Shown: in pieces, positions 25,652 through 35,414 of the stretch
Numbering within the stretch: position 1 is the first letter of the stretch
Layout of the letters: each line of letters opens with the position of its first letter
NCBI GenBank assembly: GCA_045616815.1
Contig: JAZLHN010000173.1
Coordinates: 10,564-74,563, forward strand
Direction of reading: 5' to 3'
Source: Acutalibacteraceae bacterium
Lineage (GTDB): Bacteria > Bacillota > Clostridia > Oscillospirales > Acutalibacteraceae
Length of the DNA: 64,000 nt
Notes under the pieces: model-generated
Told to the model about the DNA's origin: nothing
Databases searched by the model: none
The model's input: the letters and a program-made list of their open reading frames with translations, nothing else
Translations under genes and position numbers: made by a program

Positions 25652-27466
25652 TTATCGGCCTTTCTTTTTGTATTTCAGCCGGTAATTCTTAACGAATTCT
25701 TTGCCGTGGCGAGTGAGATACAAAAGCAGGTAATCGCTGTCGGTAAAGGTGTGTGCCCAGAGTCTGTCGGCGGTGTCGATCAGATACTGCCGCTCGAAGC
25801 CGTTGCGTCTGCGCTTGACCTCCTCCATCGAGGTGACGGTCGATTGATACTTATACGATATGTGCAGTTCGCCGTTTTCGTTGAAGCCGGTGATGCCCAC
25901 GGAGGAAGCGTCGTCCTTGAGGATCGCGTTCTTTTTCAGCGCGAAGTTGGAGGGCGTGCAGGTGTTCACGAGCTCGTGGTCGTAGATCACGTCGATGGTG
26001 GACTGCAGTTCCTCCGGCGTTTCCGTGGGATAGCACAAAAGGAAGGTGCAGAGGTTCCAAAGCCCCGCGTCGGCGGCATCGCGCAGGATCTTTTTGCGCG
26101 CGTCCACGTCGATACCTTTGTTGATAAGCTTCATGATGCGTTCGGATTCCGCTTCGTATCCCCACATGAAGAACCGGGCTCCGCCCTCGTACAGATTTTT
26201 GAGTACCTCGGGAGTGAACGCCTTTTCGAGCCGCGCGAACGAATAAAACGTGATGCCGAGCCCGCGTTTTTTCACTTCTTTGGAAAATTCATCGTAGAAT
26301 TTCGGCGGCACCGCCTCGTCCACGAAATTGAAGAGCTTTGAGTTGTATTTCTTTGAGAGAAATTCGACCTCGTCCGCGGCTCTCACAACGGATTTGATGT
26401 CGAATTTCTGCTGACCGGTGTAAAAGTCGCAGAAGGTGCATTTTCCCCAGTAGCAGCCCTTGCCGAGCTGCACGGGGATCACGGTCTCCGGGGAGAGATA
26501 TTTTGAAAAATCGTAGGAATCAAAGTCCGGATAGCAAACGGTATCGAGTTTCAGCAGGGGAGCGGCTTCGTTTTCGCAAATACCGCCCTTCCCATCGGCG
26601 TAAACGAGCGAATGAACATCCTTTATATCGCGTTTGCCCGCCATATGTTCCGCAAGCTCAACGGACGTCGTTTCCCCGTCGCCGATGCTGAGAAAATCGC
26701 AGTATGTTTCAAAAACGGCGGGGATGCGCATGAGATTCGGCTTTATCTTGTAGATATAGTTGCCGCCGAGGCAGATCTTCGCGGTCGTTCGCCGTTTCAG
26801 CAGCCGCGCGAGGGTGAGCCCCGGGATCACCTGGCTCAGGTCGGTGATCGATATCCCGATGAGCGTGTATTCCGAAAAATCGAGAGCGTCCAGCTTCTTT
26901 TCAAAATACGGCAGGAACATATTGATATCCCGCGAGCCGCACTGAAAATCCACGTCGGAAAAATCGTAGGAAAAAACGGGATTGGCTATATAATTATCGA
27001 GCAGGATGCGCGACGGTGCCCAGGGGAGAGACACGATCTCCAGTGCGTCGGCGATAACGTCCTTTGCCTCAAACAGCTTTTCGGGGTCGTAAAACAGCTC
27101 TTTGGTCTTCATCACCTTTACGGCGTTTTCCACCGCGTTCACCGTCGCTTCCGCATAGGTACCGTTGGCGGAAAAATACTCCCCGATCAAACGCTTTCTG
27201 CCTTGAAAGGATGTGTTTATTTTTGCTTTCAGCGCATCGGAGGCGTTTTCGGGAAAGACGGGCCCGGACTCGGAAAACCGTTTTTCTGCGAGAACAACGC
27301 TGTCCTTTACGGACTTCTCCGTAAGGATATCGTTGAAAAATTCTATGTTCATATCGAGCGTATCGGTGGGGTAGCCGGCGGAGTTGAGCTGTCCCGCCAG
27401 CAGAGCGCAGGCGAGATAGGGACTGGCAGGATACCATTGCGGTACGGAGATATACAGAGATTTCAT
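25652..27466 (-). CDS. B12-binding-domain-type radical SAM enzyme, clade B (CX4CX2C cluster motif)
   Basis: MKSLYISVPQWYP, IGISITD, LGGNY, IGDGE, GKGCYWGKCTFCDF and the C-terminal LLLYLTRHGKEFVKNYRLKYK are present. ATG 27466 follows SD aaggtg (the ORF track starts at 27586). Confidence 0.8.
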   Translation of the reverse strand: MKSLYISVPQWYPASPYLACALLAGQLNSAGYPTDTLDMNIEFFNDILTEKSVKDSVVLAEKRFSESGPVFPENASDALKAKINTSFQGRKRLIGEYFSANGTYAEATVNAVENAVKVMKTKELFYDPEKLFEAKDVIADALEIVSLPWAPSRILLDNYIANPVFSYDFSDVDFQCGSRDINMFLPYFEKKLDALDFSEYTLIGISITDLSQVIPGLTLARLLKRRTTAKICLGGNYIYKIKPNLMRIPAVFETYCDFLSIGDGETTSVELAEHMAGKRDIKDVHSLVYADGKGGICENEAAPLLKLDTVCYPDFDSYDFSKYLSPETVIPVQLGKGCYWGKCTFCDFYTGQQKFDIKSVVRAADEVEFLSKKYNSKLFNFVDEAVPPKFYDEFSKEVKKRGLGITFYSFARLEKAFTPEVLKNLYEGGARFFMWGYEAESERIMKLINKGIDVDARKKILRDAADAGLWNLCTFLLCYPTETPEELQSTIDVIYDHELVNTCTPSNFALKKNAILKDDASSVGITGFNENGELHISYKYQSTVTSMEEVKRRRNGFERQYLIDTADRLWAHTFTDSDYLLLYLTRHGKEFVKNYRLKYKKKGR

Positions 27467-27471
27467 GGAGT

Positions 27472-28197
27472 TCACCTTTTGAGCAGTTTTTGTTTTTTGG
27501 TAAAGCGTATCCGTAAGGCCGTTTTCAGATACAGCGCGGTCTGTTTTACGGAGTTGCCGGAGTGTCCCTCGGTTCTGCCGTAGCATCCGGCGGGCAGCTC
27601 TTTTATGACGGTGCCGAGCCGGAGCGGAACGAGCACCATTTCCTCTAAAAACGGGAAGTTCAGTTCCCGCCAGTCGATCGACTTATAAAGAGCTGTCGGC
27701 ATGATCTGCACGGGGCAGGTCAGGTCTGTGATCTTTACGCCGAACAGAACGCGCAGAAACATCTGACCGCAGGCGTTGAATATTTTTTTGACGGGATCGT
27801 AGCCGTGAAAACTGTTTTTGTCGATCCAGCGGGATATTTTGAATATCGTGTCCGGCTCTTTTTTTACGCCTTCTATCATTGCCGGGATAACGTCAAGGCC
27901 GATCGCCATATCGCCGGGCAGCAGCAGAATGTGTGAGGTCTCGGCGGAATCGAAGCCGTCCCTGATCGCACCGCCTACAAAGGGGCGCGTCTGCACGAAA
28001 TCCACGGCAATGCCGGGATATTTCCGCTCCAGCTCATTTATGGCGGCGAGACATTCGTCCGATACCTTCGCGGGACGGACGAGCAGTATTTTTTCCATGT
28101 CGGCGGCGGAGGTTCGCATAACGGTGTCAACGGTCCGTATGAGCGACTGCTTTTCGTCGTTGGCTCCCACCACCACGGTCAAAGATTTGAATTTCAT
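27472..28197 (-). CDS. Small soluble GT-A/DPM1-like protein with a degenerate DxD (paralogue 2 of 3)
   Basis: LLLPGDMAIGL, SRWID...GYD...ITDLTCPVQIMP and GRTEGHSGNS are present. It is wedged between two clade-B genes with 3-5 nt gaps. Confidence 0.55.
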   Translation of the reverse strand: MKFKSLTVVVGANDEKQSLIRTVDTVMRTSAADMEKILLVRPAKVSDECLAAINELERKYPGIAVDFVQTRPFVGGAIRDGFDSAETSHILLLPGDMAIGLDVIPAMIEGVKKEPDTIFKISRWIDKNSFHGYDPVKKIFNACGQMFLRVLFGVKITDLTCPVQIMPTALYKSIDWRELNFPFLEEMVLVPLRLGTVIKELPAGCYGRTEGHSGNSVKQTALYLKTALRIRFTKKQKLLKR

Positions 28198-28200
28198 ATT

Positions 28201-30039
28201 TTATCTGAATTCCGGCGCGATGCGCTTTTCGGAGCGGTAGTCCCGCACGTAGTCGCAGCCGTATCGGGAAAGATATAAAAGCAGATGGTCGAAATCGGAG
28301 AACACTACGCTCCACAGCGAATGGGCGTTCTCATCGAGAAAATCGAATTGGAAATCGCGGCGGTAGGAGCGCCGCTTCTGCATATCCACGCCCTCTACGG
28401 TGTCGCGGTAAACGGTGTAGAATTCGCCGTTTTCCTCGTAGGAGAGCACGCCGTTTTCGCCGATATGCTCTTTTAACAGAGAGTGCTTCTTGAGGGCGAA
28501 GTTGGATAAGGTCACGCTCGGGATGATCCTGCGGTTGTTCCTTATCGTCGCCATGGTGGCTTCGATCTCCTCCGGCGTTTCGGTGGGATAGCCGAAGATG
28601 AACAGTCCGTCGTTCCATATCCCCGCATTCGCGGAATCGGCGAGTATTTCAAGGCGGCGTTCGGCGTTGATGCCCTTGTTCATGAGTTCCATCACGCGCA
28701 GGGATTCGCATTCGTATCCCCACATGAACAATCTTGCGCCGGCGTCGTACAGATTTTTGAGCACCTCGGGCGTGTAGCCGTCCTCCAAACGCGCGAAGGA
28801 ATAGAAATGGATCTTTAGCCCCGCTTCGGTGATCGCGAGCGCGAGCTTATTGTAAAATACGGGCGGGATGCACTCGTCAACGAAGATGAATTTGCTTGCC
28901 CCGTAGGCGTGGATATAATATTTCAGCTCGTCAAGCATGCGTTCGATGGTCTTTGGGTGATAGCCCTGCTGCCCGTAATGGTAATCGCAGAAGCTGCATT
29001 TGCCCCAGTAGCAGCCCTTGGAAAGCTGCACGGGGAATACGGGTTCGGGTGTGAAATACTGTTTTAGGTCGTAATCCGAAAAATCGGCGTACGCCAGCTC
29101 GTTCATATCGATCCTGAGACACGAAAAGCCGGTGGAAACGGGCGCGTTCTTTTTATGATCGAAATAAACGAGATTGGAAACGTCCGTTACGTTCCGTTTC
29201 CCGTCAAGATGCTCACACAGCTCGGCAAACGACAGCTCGCCGTCGCCGATGGTGAGATAGTCTATGTAATCCGTAAATATTTCGGGATGGTTCATCATGT
29301 CCTCATGGATCTGCGTGGCGTAGTTGCCACCCACGATCAACTTGGCGGACGTGCATTTTTTTATAAGGAAAGCGAGCGTGAAAACGGGGATGAGCTGGCT
29401 CAGATCGGTAAGGGAAAGGCTTATCGCGTCGTAATTCTCTTTTGCAAAGCCCTTTACGGTATCCTCAAGATAGTCGTAAAACATATTGACGCTTTTGTCG
29501 TGTACCTGCGCTCTGACCGAATCCCACGAGAGCTTATAAAGCGGGTTCGCGAAATAATTGTCGAGATCGAGCTCGTTGGGCGCGTAGGGCATGGAAAGAA
29601 AACGCAGCGCGAGACGGAGAACGTGCATGGCCTCCGTCATTTTTTCGGGAACGAAAAATTCCTCGGGCGTTTTCAGCGCGTTTTTCGCCCACGTCGTGTG
29701 CGTGCTTATGTATTCCGCTTCCGCGCCGTGTTCGGCGTAGAATTTTTTGAGCGCGAAATATTTGGCAAGCCGTGTTTTTTCTTCATAGCTGCCGCTTTTC
29801 GCCGCTTTTTCGAGGTCGGCGCTCTCGCTTTCGTCCTTCAGCGCCGCCATGTCCGCGCGCGCTTTTTCGTTTGCGGCGGCCACGTTTTCATCGGTGAGCA
29901 GGTCGTTGAAAAAACGGACGTTGAGGTCGAGGGCTTTTACGTCGAAGCCCGCTTTTATGAGCTGCCCTTTGAGCAGCGGCACCGCCGAATGGGGAGACAC
30001 CGGGTACCACTGGGGCGGCTGGATGAGAAGAATTTTCAT
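28201..30039 (-). CDS. B12-binding-domain-type radical SAM enzyme, clade B (CX4CX2C)
   Basis: MKILLIQPPQWYP, ISLSLTD, VGGNY, IGDGE, SKGCYWGKCSFCDY and the C-terminal LLLYLSRYGCDYVRDYR. Confidence 0.8.
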   Translation of the reverse strand: MKILLIQPPQWYPVSPHSAVPLLKGQLIKAGFDVKALDLNVRFFNDLLTDENVAAANEKARADMAALKDESESADLEKAAKSGSYEEKTRLAKYFALKKFYAEHGAEAEYISTHTTWAKNALKTPEEFFVPEKMTEAMHVLRLALRFLSMPYAPNELDLDNYFANPLYKLSWDSVRAQVHDKSVNMFYDYLEDTVKGFAKENYDAISLSLTDLSQLIPVFTLAFLIKKCTSAKLIVGGNYATQIHEDMMNHPEIFTDYIDYLTIGDGELSFAELCEHLDGKRNVTDVSNLVYFDHKKNAPVSTGFSCLRIDMNELAYADFSDYDLKQYFTPEPVFPVQLSKGCYWGKCSFCDYHYGQQGYHPKTIERMLDELKYYIHAYGASKFIFVDECIPPVFYNKLALAITEAGLKIHFYSFARLEDGYTPEVLKNLYDAGARLFMWGYECESLRVMELMNKGINAERRLEILADSANAGIWNDGLFIFGYPTETPEEIEATMATIRNNRRIIPSVTLSNFALKKHSLLKEHIGENGVLSYEENGEFYTVYRDTVEGVDMQKRRSYRRDFQFDFLDENAHSLWSVVFSDFDHLLLYLSRYGCDYVRDYRSEKRIAPEFR

Positions 30040-30044
30040 GATGC

Positions 30045-31961
30045 TTATTCCTCCTCGGAATAGGTGATGTGTTCTTTCGGATTGACCATGAGCGTGGCGG
30101 AATAACGTTTTCCGAACCAGATGACGCTGCGGGCGTAGTCCGCCCAGTTATCGAAAATTTTGTCCGATTTCACATGCAGCATGGTATTTTTCTTTTCGAG
30201 CTTTGTTCCTTCACTTTGATCCTCAAAATAGGGATAAAAATTGTAAGCCGAACAAACGGTCACTTCGTCCGTATTCAACGGACGGATAAGAGAGAACTGA
30301 TAGTGAAGAAGCTCGCCGGCGAGCTGTGTATCGATCCCGAAGCGATCGATGAACGGGACGATCTCTTTTTTGAAATCGTCAAAGTGATAAACGAGTTCGA
30401 GAAAAACTCCTTCCTCGAAATACCAGCCCGTGGAACTGAAAATATCCTTCTGATACGTCCAGCGGGTACCGGAAAGATCGTTTTTGCGTTCTCGGAGCTC
30501 CTCGAACAGCGAATGGATATAGCCGTCGCTCTCCGTATAAATGAAATCGTAAAGCGCGTTGTAAAAATCGTAATAGCTTACGTTCTTTTCTTTGTTGAGA
30601 TAAATGGCGACGTAACGCAGCAGTCCGAGATGGTGGAACGCCTGCAGAACGACCGAGAACATATACGAGCGCACCCAATCCTCCTTCGGCATGGTGTTCG
30701 TTTCGTAAATGATATCGAAATGCTCGTATACGCCGTTGAATTCGGGATTGTAATGGATGCCGAGCAGAGGGATGCGGGTGGTCTTTATACCGAATTTTTC
30801 CCGGTAGGCGGGGTCGCCCATGCGGGTATTGGGATACACCTGACATTCGTACACGGTCATGGAATTGTTCTGTCCCGCTCTTAAAAGGGAGCACATCCCG
30901 CGGCAGAAGCTTTCATACGTCTCGCCGGGCAGACCGAGGATCAGCTCGGTGTAGGTGGGTATGCCCGCCTCGGTGTAGCGGCGGTCAAGATCGGCGAAGC
31001 GTTCGAGCGTGAGATTTTTTCTGCCGATGTTTTCGAGCGCGGCCGGTTCGACCGACTGATAGGCAAGGGTCACTCCCTTGTCGGCGTTGTTTTTGTTGAG
31101 GATATAGCCCGCGGCAAACACGTTGTCGTCGCTCTCTTTGGCGTAGCAGGGCTTGAAAACGTCGGGATAGCCGTACTGTTTCTTCATGTCCACAACGGTC
31201 TGCGCTATTTCCACGTCGCGGTCGAGGATGCCGAAATTCGCGTCCGCGCAGTAGCAGTATTTAAGCTTATGCTTCGCGATCCATTCGATCTCGGCTTTAA
31301 TTTTTCCCATCGGGAAAACGCGGAGTTTTTTGGTGAAGCACCATTCGCAGTAGGCGCATTCATAGGGGCAGCCGCGGTTGGTTTCCAGCGTCGCGTGGAA
31401 TTCGGTATTGGGAAATTCCTTCAATATATTGTCGAAAATGCCGTCGAGGTAGGGCGACGGATAGGCGGAAATATCGCAGGGATGGCGCTCGGGCGTTGTG
31501 TGTGTGCCGTCCGGCGTGCGGTAGGTGAGGTTGGGGATCTCCGAAAGCGGCGTGCCGTTTACGAGCGCTTTCAGGAGCAGAGCCGTCGTTTCCTCGCCCT
31601 CGTTGTGCAGCAGAAAGTCTATAAACGGATATTCGTCGAGCATTTCGCCGCCGGCAGGAACGCTGTGCCCGCCGAAAAGGATGAGAACGTCCGGAAATTT
31701 TTTTTTGAGTCTGCGGGCAAGGAGCAGATCGTATTCGTAATTCCACGTATAACAGGAAAACGCAACGATCCCGGGGGCGTCGAACCGTTTTATGACGTCC
31801 TCGGGTCTTTCACGCATCACAATGATATCGGGTATCTCGTAATGCTTTATTATTTCGGCGTCCCGCTTCAGATACGCCGCTATGCAGCCCGTGGAATAGG
31901 GCAGAAAAACGGGATTGGAATGCGAAACGCCTATTTGAACGAAATACAGCTTTTTTTTCAT
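30045..31961 (-). CDS. B12-binding-domain-type radical SAM enzyme, clade A (A1)
   Basis: MKKKLYFVQ...FLPYSTG, LFGGHS, HNEGE, TNRGCPYECAYCEW and WADYARSVIWFGKR. Confidence 0.85.
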   Translation of the reverse strand: MKKKLYFVQIGVSHSNPVFLPYSTGCIAAYLKRDAEIIKHYEIPDIIVMRERPEDVIKRFDAPGIVAFSCYTWNYEYDLLLARRLKKKFPDVLILFGGHSVPAGGEMLDEYPFIDFLLHNEGEETTALLLKALVNGTPLSEIPNLTYRTPDGTHTTPERHPCDISAYPSPYLDGIFDNILKEFPNTEFHATLETNRGCPYECAYCEWCFTKKLRVFPMGKIKAEIEWIAKHKLKYCYCADANFGILDRDVEIAQTVVDMKKQYGYPDVFKPCYAKESDDNVFAAGYILNKNNADKGVTLAYQSVEPAALENIGRKNLTLERFADLDRRYTEAGIPTYTELILGLPGETYESFCRGMCSLLRAGQNNSMTVYECQVYPNTRMGDPAYREKFGIKTTRIPLLGIHYNPEFNGVYEHFDIIYETNTMPKEDWVRSYMFSVVLQAFHHLGLLRYVAIYLNKEKNVSYYDFYNALYDFIYTESDGYIHSLFEELRERKNDLSGTRWTYQKDIFSSTGWYFEEGVFLELVYHFDDFKKEIVPFIDRFGIDTQLAGELLHYQFSLIRPLNTDEVTVCSAYNFYPYFEDQSEGTKLEKKNTMLHVKSDKIFDNWADYARSVIWFGKRYSATLMVNPKEHITYSEEE

Positions 31962-31967
31962 GGAGCC

Positions 31968-33890
31968 TTACGGTATTTCGGTAACGTCGTCTTTATAGGA
32001 GGCCCAGCCCATGCGGCCGTACCAGATGACGAATTTGCCGAATTTCGGCCAGTCGGGCACCACGTCGGAATCCTTCATGACGAGTGTGTGCTTTTTCGGC
32101 ATGAGCTTATGGATATTGTTGACGTATACGTCCGAAAGGAAGCCGTGCACGTCGTAGTTCAGGCTTACCGTGCGCTGCTCGTCGTTCGGAACGCGCATGA
32201 TATTACGCTGATAGGCGAGCAGATCGCTGAATATATCTTCGGGGATGTTATAGCCTTTCAGGTACGGCAGGATCTCGTCATAGAAACGGTCGATATCGTA
32301 AAGCAGGTGCAGCACGAGGTATTCGTGATCGTCCCACACGACGTCGCCGGTGGGGGCAAACTGGAGCTTGCGGTTATTGACGCCTCTGCTCTGCTCGTCG
32401 AGGTCTTTTTTGATCTCGTTATAATATTTTGAGAGCTCAAGTTCCGGGTGCTCCTCGCAGTAGGTGAGGATGCCGTCGTAGAACTTCGCGTACGGGATAT
32501 CCATGTGCCAGCGCAGATATACGGCGAAGGCTCTTAAAAGACCGTTGCCGTGGAAGGCCTTGGCGAGATAATAGAAGACGGAGGAGCGCACCCACATCTC
32601 GCGCGGCATGGTATCGGTCGCGGTCACGATGGTGTTGTATTCCGGCACGTCGAAGGCGTTGTTTTCAAAGTGAGGCCGTATGATTTCGGTGCGTACGGTC
32701 TTGATGCCGTGCTTTTCGACCGTTTCTTTCTGCCCGAGCTGTGAGTTCGGCAGCAGGATGCAGCCGTAGACCTCGAATACGAAGTGCTGCCCGATATCGA
32801 ACAGCTTGCCGATGCCCTCCGTGAAGCTCTCGTAGGTCTCGCCGGGCAGACCGAGGATCAGCTCGGAGTAGGTCTTCATCTTTTCGGTGTTGTACTTTGT
32901 GAGCAGATTTTTATAGAAGTCGATATCGGCGTTCGTCCGGCCGATGTTTTCAAGCACGACGGGCGAAAGGCTCTGGAAGGAGAGCGTCGCGCCGATGCGG
33001 TCGAATTCACATTCCTTGAATATTTTTACAATGGCGAAAACGTTTTCAAAATTGTTTTTCGCGTAGTTCATGCGCATTCTTTCGGGGTAGCCGGTGGTCT
33101 TTTTCGCTTCGGCGAGAGCCTTCGCGATTTCAAGATCACGGCTGAACATGCCGAAGTTGGCATCCGCGCCCCACACGAAAGCCACCTTATGGTCGGAGAA
33201 CCATTTTATCTCCGCTTTGACTCTTTCCAGAGGGAAAAGCCTTACCTTGGACTGCAGCAGTCCCCAGTCGCAGTAGGCGCACTTGTTGGGACAGCCGCGC
33301 GAGGTCTCTAAAATGACGTTGAAGGTGATCTCGGGATGCTCCTCCACGATCTTGTCGAACCAGCCGTCCAGATACGGAGACGGATAATTCTCAAGCGTTT
33401 TCGGGCAGGATGAGCCCGTCCGCGTGAAGCTGCCGTTATCGCGGAAGGAAATATTATCAACGGTGTTCAGAGAAGTGCCGAGGGCGAGAGCCTCCATGAG
33501 AAGCTTTACCGTTTCCTCGCCTTCGCCGTGGCAGAGGATATCTATATACGGATATTCCTCAAGAAAACTGAAGTTGTCGGGTACGTTGTGACCGCCGAAA
33601 ACGGTGACGCAATCCGGCCATTTCTTTTTGATCTCCGCGGCGAGCAGTTTATTGTATTCGGTATTCCAGCAGTAGTTGGAAAAAGCGACCAGAAACGGCG
33701 TTTCCATGCGGGATATGACCGCGCCGATCTCCTCCCGTAAAAAGATGAATTCCTTGAAGCAATAGTTCTGTTTTACGGTTTCGCTGGTCCATGCGGACGC
33801 GGCGAGAACGCCCGCCGTGTAGGGCAGATAAGCGTTCTGTGTGCCGAGGGTGGCGGAAACGTCCACCTGAACGAAATATACGTTTTTCAT
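31968..33890 (-). CDS. B12-binding-domain-type radical SAM enzyme, clade A (A2)
   Basis: MKNVYFVQ...YLPYTAG, VFGGHN, HGEGE, TSRGCPNKCAYCDWG and FVIWYGR. Confidence 0.85.
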   Translation of the reverse strand: MKNVYFVQVDVSATLGTQNAYLPYTAGVLAASAWTSETVKQNYCFKEFIFLREEIGAVISRMETPFLVAFSNYCWNTEYNKLLAAEIKKKWPDCVTVFGGHNVPDNFSFLEEYPYIDILCHGEGEETVKLLMEALALGTSLNTVDNISFRDNGSFTRTGSSCPKTLENYPSPYLDGWFDKIVEEHPEITFNVILETSRGCPNKCAYCDWGLLQSKVRLFPLERVKAEIKWFSDHKVAFVWGADANFGMFSRDLEIAKALAEAKKTTGYPERMRMNYAKNNFENVFAIVKIFKECEFDRIGATLSFQSLSPVVLENIGRTNADIDFYKNLLTKYNTEKMKTYSELILGLPGETYESFTEGIGKLFDIGQHFVFEVYGCILLPNSQLGQKETVEKHGIKTVRTEIIRPHFENNAFDVPEYNTIVTATDTMPREMWVRSSVFYYLAKAFHGNGLLRAFAVYLRWHMDIPYAKFYDGILTYCEEHPELELSKYYNEIKKDLDEQSRGVNNRKLQFAPTGDVVWDDHEYLVLHLLYDIDRFYDEILPYLKGYNIPEDIFSDLLAYQRNIMRVPNDEQRTVSLNYDVHGFLSDVYVNNIHKLMPKKHTLVMKDSDVVPDWPKFGKFVIWYGRMGWASYKDDVTEIP

Positions 33891-33931
33891 CTGATGTGCC
33901 TCGGTTCTGAAATATTATTATAATTATATTT

Positions 33932-33960
33932 ATTATATTAAAAATTATTTTTTTTGTCAA
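33932..33960 (-). promoter_or_regulatory. Consensus sigma-A promoter (TTGACA-17 nt-TATAAT) for the five-gene minus-strand radical SAM operon
   Basis: The reverse complement of 33932-33960 reads TTGACAaaaaaaataattttttaaTATAAT. Confidence 0.7.
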
Positions 33961-34042
33961 CCGAGAAAACAGAAGCCGATGAAGGATCCGGAGCGGCAGA
34001 AAGGCGTTTATCGTTCTCCCGGAACGCCGCCGGAAAATCTTT

Positions 34043-34071
34043 TTGACATTTATCGGCGGCCATGATACTAT
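34043..34071 (+). promoter_or_regulatory. Sigma-A-type promoter (TTGACA-17 nt-TACTAT)
   Basis: Read directly: tTTGACAtttatcggcggccatgaTACTAT. It implies the ATG at 34062 is not the start codon. Confidence 0.5.
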
Positions 34072-34100
34072 TTCAATATTACGGAAACGGGGTGATTTCT

Positions 34101-35405
34101 ATGGAAAATGTGCGTTCAAGAGCCTGCAGTAGGGCAAAAAAAGCGGGAATGACGGCCGCGTTTGCCGTTCCCGTATTTTTTCTGTTCGTTTTCCTGGATG
34201 CCCGGGCTGGATTCAACGTGCTGGATTTCCGTCCTACGATGCTTTTTCCTCCCATACCGGTTTATCTTGCGGATTTCAGCCTCTGTTTTTCATCCCGTCT
34301 GCTTATAGGCAGTATCACGAAACTGTTTTCTTATCAGCTTACCCTTCCGCAGCTTTATACCATATGCTGTACGATGAACGTCCTTGCGCTGATATGTGTT
34401 TCGCTGCTGTGCGGAGCAGCCCTGCGGAGAATAGCGGAAAAGAAAAACCCGCTTCTGTTTTTCGTTTTATGGCTGATTGTATTCGATCCCGTTGTGGCGC
34501 AGGAATGTTATCCGTCCATAGGCTGTTATGACACCTACTGGATCGTATTGTTTTCCGTGCTTATGCTGGCTTGCGATACCTCCGTTTTTGCGGTCCTGGC
34601 TCCGTTTTTATGCTTCGCGGGGATGATGGTTCATTACGGGTTCCTGTTTTCCTTCCTGCCCGCTGTGGCTGCTTTGCTGTTTTATGATATGCTCTGCTCG
34701 ACAAAAAAAAGCAAAAGGATCCTCAGCGGTTGTTCTCTGGCGCTCACCGGGGGATCTTCTGCTTTTGTACTGATTTATTCTTTTTTCTTTTCAAAATCGC
34801 ATCTGACCATGACGGGAGAGGAATTCCATTCCTACCTTCTTTCCCGGCTGAAACTGATGGGAGTCGAGGAGATCAGACTGAAAAAGATGTTCGGGGACAA
34901 TCTTTTTCCGTTCAACTTTTTTGAAGTCTATTTCTTTGACGCGGAAAGCGGGACGGGAAAGCTCGATGCTATGGACGCAGGCAGGTATCTGGAGATTTTT
35001 TACGACCACATAAAGCAGAACACGTCGGTCGGATATTATCTGAAATACGCGGCTGCCGTTCTTCCTTTCGTGCTGCTTTTTACCGTCTTCTGGATCGCCT
35101 GCGCGAAAAAAGCACAGGGAAAAGGAAAACTGCCGTTCATTGCCTTTGCGGGAATACAGACCGCATTTTTCGCTGCGTGCCTTTTTTCCACGGATATATA
35201 TCGGTGGAGCGCCTCCCTGCTTATATCGCAGGTATCCGTATTGCTTGCGATGATCGTCAAAAAAGATAAAACGACCGAAAAGGTGATGTCTTCACCGGTG
35301 TTCAAGAATAAAAAACTGATCCTTCTTTTTATCGCCGCCGGTATGGCGTTCGCCGTCTATCTGTTCATATTCGGCGCACATCTGCCCCGTACCGCCGACA
35401 GATGA
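34101..35405 (+). CDS. Polytopic membrane protein, uncharacterised family X (paralogue 1 of 3)
   Basis: It has about 10-12 hydrophobic helices. Motifs shared with 44267 and 45655: PPIPVYLADxSL, QExYPSxGxYxTYW, MxVHxGF, FPFxFFExYFFD and STDxxRW. Confidence 0.6.
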   Translation: MENVRSRACSRAKKAGMTAAFAVPVFFLFVFLDARAGFNVLDFRPTMLFPPIPVYLADFSLCFSSRLLIGSITKLFSYQLTLPQLYTICCTMNVLALICVSLLCGAALRRIAEKKNPLLFFVLWLIVFDPVVAQECYPSIGCYDTYWIVLFSVLMLACDTSVFAVLAPFLCFAGMMVHYGFLFSFLPAVAALLFYDMLCSTKKSKRILSGCSLALTGGSSAFVLIYSFFFSKSHLTMTGEEFHSYLLSRLKLMGVEEIRLKKMFGDNLFPFNFFEVYFFDAESGTGKLDAMDAGRYLEIFYDHIKQNTSVGYYLKYAAAVLPFVLLFTVFWIACAKKAQGKGKLPFIAFAGIQTAFFAACLFSTDIYRWSASLLISQVSVLLAMIVKKDKTTEKVMSSPVFKNKKLILLFIAAGMAFAVYLFIFGAHLPRTADR

Positions 35406-35414
35406 CGCGCTGGC

